Source of the DNA: Candidatus Zixiibacteriota bacterium | GTDB lineage: Bacteria; Zixibacteria; MSB-5A5; GN15; FEB-12 | DNA length: 11,824 nt | Direction: 5' to 3' | Assembly: GCA_041742355.1 (NCBI GenBank) | Contig: JBGSIV010000011.1 | Coordinates: forward strand, 1 to 11,824 | Notes under the pieces: model-generated | Database searches by the model: none | What the model saw: the letters and a program-made list of their open reading frames with translations, nothing else | Told to the model about the DNA's origin: nothing | Shown here: positions 1-7,562 of the stretch, piece by piece | Layout: every line of letters starts with the position of its first letter | Position numbering within the stretch: the stretch's first letter is position 1 | Translations under genes and position numbers: made by a program

Positions 1-1212
1 GGGTGATACCTGCATTGCCCCAATAATTTCACGCCCTCCAGATAGTGACTGCTCTTTGTACAACGGCGAGAGCGAGCGGAGCCGTTCGACAGCGGCCGGC
101 AACACGCGCAGGACATAGTCGAGCTGTTCTCTGGTGGTCGAGCGGCCCATCGAGAAGCGAATTGCCCCCTGCGAGACCACCCGGTCTTTGCCCATCGCCA
201 CCAGCACGTGCGACGGTTCGGTGGCACCCGAGGTGCAGGCCGATCCGGAGGAACAGGCGATCCCCTCCATGTCGAGCGCCAGCAGGATCGATTCACCCTC
301 AATGCCCGCGAACGACAGGTTGCATACCTGGGGGATGCGGTTGGTGCGGGAGCCGTTGAGGTAGACATGCGGGATGGTTTTGAGCACGCTGTCGATGAAG
401 TAGTCGGCCAGTTCGGTCAGGTTGATCCAATCCTGCTCCATGCGTTTGCCGGCGATTTCGAGGCTCTTGGCCAAGCCGACGGCACCGGCGACGTTGTCGG
501 TGCCGGGGCGGCGTTTTTTCTCCTGCGAGCCGCCGTAGAGCAGCGGGGTGATCTTTATCCCCTGCCGGATGAAGAGTGCGCCTGTGCCCTTGGGGCCGTA
601 GATCTTATGTCCGGTGAGGCTGAGCAGGTCGATACCGAGATTCTTGACGTCGATTTCGATCTTGCCGCACGATTGCACGGCATCGGTATGGAACCAAGCG
701 CCCTTTTCGTGGGCAACCTCGACCAGTGATCGCAGGTCCTGAATCGTGCCCGTTTCGTTATTGGCGTGCATGACCGAGACGAGCGCGGTTTCGTCGCTTA
801 CGACGTTGGCCAGCCGTTTCGGTGACATGAAGCCTTCGCTGTCGACCGGGGCTACGTCCACCTTGCAGCCCTGTTTGTGTTCAAGGAACTCGGCCGATTC
901 AAGCACGGCGTGGTGTTCGGTAGATCCGACCACGATATGCTTGCGGCGGTCTTTGCGCTGGTAAGCCGAGCCGAGTACCGCCATGTTGTCGGATTCGGTG
1001 CCGCCGGAAGTGAAGTACAGCTCGGCCGGGTCGCAGTTGACAAACGCGGCAATCTGTTCACGGGCATTCTCGAGAGCCACTTTCGCTTCGCGGCCGAAAT
1101 GGTGCACGCTGCTGGCGTTGCCGAAGGTACGGGTGAGAAACGGCAGCATCGCCTCAACCACTTCCGGATCGACCGGCGTGGTGGCGTTATGATCGAGATA
1201 AATAGAATCCAT
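1..1212 (-). CDS. iscS: Cysteine desulfurase, IscS/NifS group I (3' end runs off the window)
   Basis: Not in the ORF track; translated by hand from ATG at 1212 with no stop down to position 1 (404 codons). Motifs: MDSIYLDHNATTPVD, FGNASSVH, FTSGGTESDN, MHANNETGTIQ, FHTDAVQ, PLP-lysine LTGHKIYGPKG, GGSQEKKRRPGT, catalytic Cys loop SSGSACTSGATEPSHVL, IRFSMGR. Confidence 0.95.
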   Translation of the reverse strand, partial: MDSIYLDHNATTPVDPEVVEAMLPFLTRTFGNASSVHHFGREAKVALENAREQIAAFVNCDPAELYFTSGGTESDNMAVLGSAYQRKDRRKHIVVGSTEHHAVLESAEFLEHKQGCKVDVAPVDSEGFMSPKRLANVVSDETALVSVMHANNETGTIQDLRSLVEVAHEKGAWFHTDAVQSCGKIEIDVKNLGIDLLSLTGHKIYGPKGTGALFIRQGIKITPLLYGGSQEKKRRPGTDNVAGAVGLAKSLEIAGKRMEQDWINLTELADYFIDSVLKTIPHVYLNGSRTNRIPQVCNLSFAGIEGESILLALDMEGIACSSGSACTSGATEPSHVLVAMGKDRVVSQGAIRFSMGRSTTREQLDYVLRVLPAAVERLRSLSPLYKEQSLSGGREIIGAMQVSP

Positions 1213-1235
1213 AAATGGTATATCAATCCTTTCGA

Positions 1236-1287
1236 ACGATAGTAATCGGTAGTATGTGGTCAACCGTGCGCGAGGCAGGCAGGTTCC
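1236..1287 (-). promoter_or_regulatory. Candidate promoter region upstream of iscS (ECF-like GGAAC-N18-GTTG and sigma70-like TTGACC-N16-TATCGT)
   Basis: In the 94-nt Omp85-iscS gap, minus strand: GGAAC 1287-1283 and GTTG 1264-1261; TTGACC 1263-1258 and TATCGT 1241-1236. Motif match only. Confidence 0.3.
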
Positions 1288-1306
1288 ATCCGTGCCGACG
1301 CGGCCA

Positions 1307-3226
1307 TCAGAACGCGTACAATATAGTGAAATGCCAGCGATCCTCAAAACCGATATTCTCGGTCGCTATTCGGCGGGCGTAGTCGAGGCGGATCGGGCCG
1401 GCGGGAGAGATGATCTGCACCCCGGTGCCGTAGGACAGGGCGAGGTTGGTGAATTTGAAGTCTTCCGCGTGAGCGTACCCGTTGCCGGCATCGAAGAAGA
1501 TGCTCTGCCACAGGGGCAGATTCTCGAACAGCCGGTTCAAGAGGGGAACGACCGAGAAAACCTGGAGGGTTTTCCAGCGAAACTCCTGGTTAAACACAAA
1601 GGTGACGTTGGCTCCGGGGAGGTCGTCGCTGAGGGTGGGCGCCAGGGAGTTTTCGTCGAAGCCCCGGATGGTGTTGGCGCCGCCGAGGAAGAGCCGGTCC
1701 TTGCTGGGGACAAGGTCGGATTCGCCGAAGGCATGGGCGTAGGCGGCAGTCAGGCGGGTGGCCGACACCCAGCCGGGCCAGACGGTGCGGTACTGCGAGA
1801 GGGATCCGCGGATCTTGTAGAAATTGGCGTCGCCGCCGAGGAAGCCGCCGTAGTACTCGGCATGCAGTTCACGCACCGATCCCTGGGTGGGCACGAAGAC
1901 ATCGAGGCGGCTGTCGCGGCTGAGGCTCAGGTATATCCGGCGACGGATCGACAGCCCTTCCACGTCGTTGCGGACTTCCTCTTCCAATTCGTCCGGCACG
2001 CCGTCGATATCGACCGACTGGTACTCGACGCCGTAGTTGGCGAAGCCGTACCGTCCAAACCGTCGCGTCGAGGAGAGTGAGAGGTTCCACTGCTGGACGT
2101 AGAAGTCCTGGGCTTCGTGGCGGATACGCGGCAGATACTCGACCGTGAACGCCAGTGGCATGCGTATACCGAGGAACCATGGTTCGGTGTAGCGCAGGCG
2201 GTGGAGGTGGTCGGTGAGGCGGCGGTCGGAACCGAGGGTGAACTCAATCCGGCTGAACCAGTCGATACGGCGCGAGCCGAAGAGGTTGCGCGCTCCCGTG
2301 CCGCCGGTGACACTCCAGGTGAGATCGGCCGCCTTGGATTGTCCCGCACCGGTGGTCGTGGTCAGGTAGTAGGGTTTTCGCTCCCGCACCTGGAGGAGAA
2401 AGTCGGGATGGTACCGGCTGGCCTGATCGAGCGACTGCTGCAACTGCAGGGTGGTGAAGTACCCCGACTCGAACAAACGTTGCTGTGAGTCAATGATCCT
2501 CTGCCTCCGGTACAGATCTCCTTTGCGGAATCTGAGTTCCCGGGTCGCCGTATACGCCGGATACTGATCGATGCCCGAGACCTCGATATCACCGAAGAAT
2601 ACCAGCGAGTCGGTGACGACCTCGTACGTAATCGGAGCCCGCGCCGTGCTGCTGTCGATGCGTGGTGTGACCGTGGCATAGGGGTACCCGTTGTTGGCGA
2701 GGATGGTCTTCATGTCAAAACCGGCCTGATGGACATCAAAGTAGTTGATCGGGCGATCCGGTTTGAGCCGGTCTGCCAACCGGCGGAAATCATCCTGCAG
2801 GTGGGCCGGGTAGCCGCCGCTGATACCGATCGTGTCGTAGAGGTACTGGGTCCCCTCGTGGATGGTGACGGTGACCCGCGCGCCTTCGTTGGCCTCGATA
2901 CGCTCAAACCTCTCCGTAATCCGGACATTCAGGAACCCTTCGCGCAGGTAGAGGTATTTGATCTCGAGCGTGTCGCGGTCGAGCGTTTCTTTCTGCAGTC
3001 TGCTGCGGCGGTCTCCTTTGATCGCCGCCCAAGTCGAGCGGATTCGGGAGTACATTCGGTCGCGGATACGGCCGTCGGAGAAATGCTCGTTGCTGTCGAT
3101 GATGATCTCGTAGATTGGCGGGTTATCACCGATGAGGCGCAGCAGTTCCCGGTCGCGCGTCTGGGCATCGGCCGCAGAGAGCGGCAGCAGGAGGCAGACT
3201 AGGGCGAGGAGCCACCACAGCTTCAC
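1307..3226 (-). CDS. Omp85 family outer-membrane protein (TamA/BamA-like; signal peptide, 3 POTRA domains, beta-barrel)
   Basis: 639 aa. Sec signal MKLWWLLALVCLLLPLSAADA|Q. Three POTRA-like units (YLYLREGFLNVRI; ILANNGYPYATV; QRLFESGYFT...VRERKP). Loop-6 motif LGGANTIRGF, terminal strands SPAGPIRLDYA and FTILYAF. GTG start overlaps the tamB stop (GTGA, 3223-3226). Confidence 0.92.
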   Translation of the reverse strand: MKLWWLLALVCLLLPLSAADAQTRDRELLRLIGDNPPIYEIIIDSNEHFSDGRIRDRMYSRIRSTWAAIKGDRRSRLQKETLDRDTLEIKYLYLREGFLNVRITERFERIEANEGARVTVTIHEGTQYLYDTIGISGGYPAHLQDDFRRLADRLKPDRPINYFDVHQAGFDMKTILANNGYPYATVTPRIDSSTARAPITYEVVTDSLVFFGDIEVSGIDQYPAYTATRELRFRKGDLYRRQRIIDSQQRLFESGYFTTLQLQQSLDQASRYHPDFLLQVRERKPYYLTTTTGAGQSKAADLTWSVTGGTGARNLFGSRRIDWFSRIEFTLGSDRRLTDHLHRLRYTEPWFLGIRMPLAFTVEYLPRIRHEAQDFYVQQWNLSLSSTRRFGRYGFANYGVEYQSVDIDGVPDELEEEVRNDVEGLSIRRRIYLSLSRDSRLDVFVPTQGSVRELHAEYYGGFLGGDANFYKIRGSLSQYRTVWPGWVSATRLTAAYAHAFGESDLVPSKDRLFLGGANTIRGFDENSLAPTLSDDLPGANVTFVFNQEFRWKTLQVFSVVPLLNRLFENLPLWQSIFFDAGNGYAHAEDFKFTNLALSYGTGVQIISPAGPIRLDYARRIATENIGFEDRWHFTILYAF

Positions 3227-6200
3227 TGGCTGTCCCCTTCCGATTTTGATTCGTCCTTCGCAGCGTCATCCTTGCGGTCGCCGCCGAATTCCCAGTGGAG
3301 GCGGACATTGAGGTGGTACAGCTCGTCTTCGTCGCGGCGGCCTTCCATGAGGAGGTTTTTGGACCAGCGGTATTCGAAGCCGTATTCCTGGCGGGTCTGG
3401 CCGGCGAGGGTTGAACGGCCGTACAGGTAGAGTCCCTCCCCCACGTACTTGCCGAGCGTGACCCAGGCGTTCCACGGGTCGAGACTTTCGCCGTAGACGG
3501 GGTCGATCTCAAAGGTTTCGACACCGATACGGTTAAGCTGGCGGCCGCCAATCTGCGAGAACTGAGCGTAGCCGAGGCCGAAGAGGCGCCCCTCGACCTG
3601 TCCGCCCAATCCGATGCCGTCGCCGCCGCGGTAGTTGCTGACAATCAGGGGGAGTATGTCCGCCTGGGCAACATCGGACCCCTCGCACGGGTTGATTTCG
3701 GGTTTGTTGAGCGTACCGCCGACATGAATACACAAATCGACCTGTTCGGTGACCGGGCCTTCATCGCCGCTCGCACGCGCGGCGAGCACGCGGGAGGTGC
3801 CGGTGATGTCGAGTTGCGGATTGAGCGTGTCGCTGCCGGTGAAGATTACGCGTCCGCCCGGCTCGAGGCGGAATGTTTTGTCGACGAGAAAACCGCGGCC
3901 GCGCAGGATCTCCATCTCGCCGAGGAAGCGGTAGTTTCCGTTCTCGCGAATCAGGTTGATTTCGCCGGCGAACTCAGCGTCGATATCCTCGTTTTTGACC
4001 CAGTAGTTGGAGAGGATATCGATGTTGATGTTCAGGTCCCACGGGTTCTCCGAGAAGAGCGCCAGCATAAGCGGGGATCCGGAGGACTCGTCGGCGAACG
4101 GCACCCGATATTGAGCGGATACCAGTTCGATATCGCCGGTTACGGTTGGCGGTGTCGCTCCCCTGACCTGCAGCTCCCCTTCCGCTTTGCCGCGAATGTC
4201 ATCGAGTTCGTATGTGAAGGGAAATTCGTTTTCCAGGCGGATATCGAGGTCGTAGTAGAGGCTGTCGAGGGCCAGGAGGTTCATGGAGCCGTCGATAAAC
4301 GCGTAGTGCCGTCGGCCCTCAGGCTTGTTCCCTTCGGTGGCGTAAGCCTCGATGCGGTTGACGATGATGCTGTCGTTGTGCATGGTCACGCCGGCCGAGT
4401 CGGTGTAGATCCAGTTGGCCAGGTCGAAGTATTTGAGCTGGGCATTCTTGACATACGCTATTCCGTCGATCTGCGGCTTGCGGGGGTGGCCCGACAATTC
4501 GAAGTCAGCGTAGAAATTCCCTTTGAGTTCCTCCACGGAGGGGAGAATGAGGCTCACCAGATCGAATCGGCTGTCGACGGCATGCATTTTGATGGCCATC
4601 GGGCGGTCGGGAATGCGCTGCACCGAGTCGGCGGTCAGCGCCAAATCGAGCGACATCGTACCTGTCGCGCCGTAAACACCCGGTCCCGAGTAAATGCGGA
4701 CCGAGTCGATGGCGAGGTTCTGGTTCCGGTAGCGGAGGGCCGCGACGACATCGCCCAGTTTCAGCCCGCGGTAGGTGAGCGAATCGACCTGACCGGCCAG
4801 TGTGAATTCCGGTTCGCGGAAGGTACCGTCGATTTTGGCGTCGGTCGAAAGGTAACCGTCGACGGGCAGCGTCGAGTCGAACAGGTTCAGCCAGGGAGCA
4901 ACCGGCAGGCGCTCGATGGCCAGACGGAGGTCCATTGACTCGTCGTAGTTGATCCGCCCCGCAAGCGACAGCTGCGATCCGGCGTCACCGATCTCCGCGT
5001 GGGTGAAGCGAAACCCCTCCGGATCCACTTCGACCAGAAGTTCATCGGGGTTGTGGAATTGGCGTCCGAGCAGTTCGATGTCGAGGTCGAGTATTCGCAA
5101 CTGCTGCGGTTCGGCCAGGTAATCGAGGACACTGGTACCGGTGAGGGTGACATACGGGTTCCGCATGCGCAGTGAATCGGCGTACACGAGGTTGGAGTCG
5201 ATCACCAGCTGGGCACGGGCGGTATCGTACGGGAGGCCCCAGGCTGCGCCGCTGTCGAGCCAGACTTCGACTCCCCCCTGACGGCCGGTCAGAAACCGCT
5301 CCAGATCGACCGTGGCAAACATGCTGTCAGCATAGAGGCCGTAGATCCAGGCGGAATCAGAGGCAAACCAGCCGCGAAGATCGGGGTCCTTCGTGAGGCC
5401 GGTGAGCGACGCCTCGGCGTATCCGCGCCCGCCCGGTTCCTCGATGAAGAAGCGGGTCTGGCGGTATCGGTCGAGATTGTTCAGGTCGATCTGGACGAGC
5501 AGATCAATTTCGTCCCGGTAGTCAATTCTCCCGGTGGCCCAGAAGACATTTTCGTAGTAGTCGACGCGGAACGAATCGGGGAAGACGAGCGAGTCGGTAG
5601 TGATCGTCATAGGCCCGGAGGCCTGCTGAATGGGAAAATCGTGGAAGGTCGACTCGAACAAGTCGACGTCGACATTCAGCACGAGATTCTTGCCCGAGAA
5701 CGACCGCCCATCCAGATCGACGTGGCCGGTTAAGTCGGTTTTGAACGTCCCGTTGACGAGATTGTCGAGGTTGAAGTTGCGGACGTCGGCGGCCAGCAGG
5801 TAGTGGCTCGGCTTCTGATTGAAGTCGATCTCTCCCTTGCCGTCGATCGAACAGCCGTCGAGGATGCTCCCGTACAGGCTGTCCAGTTGTATGAGCCTGG
5901 AGGCGTAGCGGAAGTTCACCGAGAGGTTTTCGAAGTCGAAGATGAAGAAGTCGCCCGCCAGGTTCACCGAGCCTTCGATGGCTTTGCCCCTGAAGGTGAG
6001 GTCGCCGGTGATATCCACCAGACCCTTGAGGTTTACGCCGGTGTATTGCGACAGGCCCGTGACGTCGATATTGTCGCCGTCGAGGTGGAGGGTGCCCGTG
6101 GCGCTGTCGCCGAACCCCACACTTCCTTCGGCTCGAATACGTGAAGGGCCGGACGAAAAGATCACATCGGAGAAGAGCAGGTTGCTCTCCGAGTACGTGA

Positions 6201-6834
6201 CCTTTCCCACTGCGGCATCGAGGGCGAGTCCGGGGCGGTTCGAGGTGAAGGCGAGGCGGCTGAGTTCCGCACCGTAGGTTCCTTCTTCGCCGGTAACCGC
6301 GGCGGCGAAAGCGATGCTGTCGATGATGGTGGTATCGCCGTTGTAGATCACCGTGATCCGACCGGCGTTGATCTTGACGTTGTCGGCGGCAAAGGACGGA
6401 AGGGATCGCGGTTGCCGCTCGGTGGAGTCCGGTCCGCCCGTCAGGTGCGGCGTCTGCCAACCGGTGAGGGTGTCGTAGCGCAGCGTCAGGTCTAGACTAT
6501 CGAGATAGAGGTAGTTGAGCACGTAGTGCCGTTTCCAGAGGTTAGCGAAAGAGTAGCCCGCCTGGAGCTTCGGGATGTAGGCGAGCCGAGTCCGCTGGTC
6601 GGCATTGACATAGAAGATTTCGACTTCGCTCAGGGAGAATCCGGAGAAGAAATCGCCGCCGATGTCTCCGATGTGGATGTCGAGGTTGGTTCGATCGGCG
6701 AACATCTCCTTGAGGCGGTCGTTGGCGAGGCGCTCGATCCCGCCCATGTACGCGAGGTACACAAGAGCGCCGATAACGACCGCCGCTCCGAGGGCGAGCA
6801 GAATCAAGAGGATGTTGCGCAGTCGGCGTATCAT
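3223..6834 (-). CDS. tamB: Translocation and assembly module TamB (AsmA-like, C-terminal DUF490-type region)
   Basis: About 1203 aa from ATG at 6834 (MIRRLRNILLILLALGAAVVIGALVYLAY, N-terminal membrane anchor). This start gives an ATGA overlap with the upstream stop and is preferred to the ORF-track start at 6855. Long amphipathic beta-rich body; C-terminal features GRVIFTG..NPQLDITG, GGTLNKPEI, TLGKYVGEGLYL, GFEYRWSKN. Adjacent to an Omp85 gene. Confidence 0.88.
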   Translation of the reverse strand: MIRRLRNILLILLALGAAVVIGALVYLAYMGGIERLANDRLKEMFADRTNLDIHIGDIGGDFFSGFSLSEVEIFYVNADQRTRLAYIPKLQAGYSFANLWKRHYVLNYLYLDSLDLTLRYDTLTGWQTPHLTGGPDSTERQPRSLPSFAADNVKINAGRITVIYNGDTTIIDSIAFAAAVTGEEGTYGAELSRLAFTSNRPGLALDAAVGKVTYSESNLLFSDVIFSSGPSRIRAEGSVGFGDSATGTLHLDGDNIDVTGLSQYTGVNLKGLVDITGDLTFRGKAIEGSVNLAGDFFIFDFENLSVNFRYASRLIQLDSLYGSILDGCSIDGKGEIDFNQKPSHYLLAADVRNFNLDNLVNGTFKTDLTGHVDLDGRSFSGKNLVLNVDVDLFESTFHDFPIQQASGPMTITTDSLVFPDSFRVDYYENVFWATGRIDYRDEIDLLVQIDLNNLDRYRQTRFFIEEPGGRGYAEASLTGLTKDPDLRGWFASDSAWIYGLYADSMFATVDLERFLTGRQGGVEVWLDSGAAWGLPYDTARAQLVIDSNLVYADSLRMRNPYVTLTGTSVLDYLAEPQQLRILDLDIELLGRQFHNPDELLVEVDPEGFRFTHAEIGDAGSQLSLAGRINYDESMDLRLAIERLPVAPWLNLFDSTLPVDGYLSTDAKIDGTFREPEFTLAGQVDSLTYRGLKLGDVVAALRYRNQNLAIDSVRIYSGPGVYGATGTMSLDLALTADSVQRIPDRPMAIKMHAVDSRFDLVSLILPSVEELKGNFYADFELSGHPRKPQIDGIAYVKNAQLKYFDLANWIYTDSAGVTMHNDSIIVNRIEAYATEGNKPEGRRHYAFIDGSMNLLALDSLYYDLDIRLENEFPFTYELDDIRGKAEGELQVRGATPPTVTGDIELVSAQYRVPFADESSGSPLMLALFSENPWDLNINIDILSNYWVKNEDIDAEFAGEINLIRENGNYRFLGEMEILRGRGFLVDKTFRLEPGGRVIFTGSDTLNPQLDITGTSRVLAARASGDEGPVTEQVDLCIHVGGTLNKPEINPCEGSDVAQADILPLIVSNYRGGDGIGLGGQVEGRLFGLGYAQFSQIGGRQLNRIGVETFEIDPVYGESLDPWNAWVTLGKYVGEGLYLYGRSTLAGQTRQEYGFEYRWSKNLLMEGRRDEDELYHLNVRLHWEFGGDRKDDAAKDESKSEGDSQ

Positions 6835-7499
6835 GGTAGTCTCAGTCGAAGGCAAATGTCTTTCGAGGTGGTGTACCCGCTGCCGGCGGCGGCGCCGATA
6901 TCTTCTATCACCTGCCGCACCTGTGACGGTTGGGCGCCGACGTTGAGTGCGCCCCGGATATGGGAGAAGAGCTGGGCGGGGCGGTCTTCGATCATGAGGC
7001 AGGCGATTATCGCCAGTTCGCGTTCGATAACGTCGATGCCGGGGCGGGAAAGCACCTTTCCGTATCCTTCAAAGATCATCCAGCGGAAGATCTCCGGGGC
7101 GACTTCCTCGACCCGTTCTTTCAGTCGGTCGTAATTGCCGTCGTACACACGGCGGCACAAGGCTTCTCCCCGTTCAAACCACTCCGCTGCTTCCTCGCCG
7201 GACACCGGGGTCAGGGGAAGTCCTTCCCTTTCCTCTTTATACCGGTTATGGAGGTGTTCGGCGGCGACGAGCATCCGGGGAAAGCCGAGAAACAGGTACG
7301 ATTGCAGGACAACCTCGTTGAGGGAAGACCGGTTCAGACCATGATTCCGGGCTGAGGCGACAGCTGCCGTCAGGGCCGGTTCATCGGCAAGGGCGATGGC
7401 CGCGGAGTAGAAGGCAAGGAGGCGTTCGCGGGCGTAGTGCTCGGGCGCAATTGAAGCGGCACGGTGTCGAAAGTCCTCGATGTTGACAGACAGGTTCAT
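6831..7499 (-). CDS. Carboxymuconolactone decarboxylase (CMD)/AhpD-like family protein with two CMD-like halves and no CxxC
   Basis: 222 aa. N-half RERLL...LNEVVLQSYLFLGFPRML; C-half GYGKVLSRPGIDVIERELAIIACL...QLFSHIRGALNVGAQPSQVRQVI, typical CMD helical signatures. Confidence 0.8.
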   Translation of the reverse strand: MNLSVNIEDFRHRAASIAPEHYARERLLAFYSAAIALADEPALTAAVASARNHGLNRSSLNEVVLQSYLFLGFPRMLVAAEHLHNRYKEEREGLPLTPVSGEEAAEWFERGEALCRRVYDGNYDRLKERVEEVAPEIFRWMIFEGYGKVLSRPGIDVIERELAIIACLMIEDRPAQLFSHIRGALNVGAQPSQVRQVIEDIGAAAGSGYTTSKDICLRLRLP

Positions 7500-7508
7500 A
7501 CGGGGGTA

Positions 7509-7537
7509 AGTATGAAGGAACGGCAGGTCAATGGCAA
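7509..7537 (-). promoter_or_regulatory. Candidate sigma70 promoter for cmd-tamB-omp85 (TTGCCA-N17-CATACT)
   Basis: -35 at 7537-7532, -10 at 7514-7509, 17-nt spacer. The ATG is 9 nt downstream with no Shine-Dalgarno. Confidence 0.45.
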
Positions 7538-7562
7538 TGCTTAACTTGCCGGAGCGGACCGT

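Noticed and set aside
13..39. GGAGG followed by GTG/TTG/ATG near the left edge as the start of a next gene
   Set aside because: Spacings are 2, 11 and 19 nt, iscS is still open here, and too little sequence remains to judge.
852..1226. 124-aa minus-strand ORF (MIYHLWILF...) that might suggest a frameshifted iscS
   Set aside because: It is an alternative-frame shadow. The true iscS frame from ATG 1212 is uninterrupted to the window edge.
3724..4938. Long plus-strand ORFs antisense to real genes (3724-4938, 1256-2080, 208-729, 7587-8246 and others)
   Set aside because: They are codon-register mirrors of GC-rich minus-strand genes, with no recognisable motifs.
5522..6460. 312-aa Arg-rich minus-strand ORF inside tamB
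   Set aside because: Arg/Pro/His-rich composition is typical of an off-frame reading of high-GC coding DNA.
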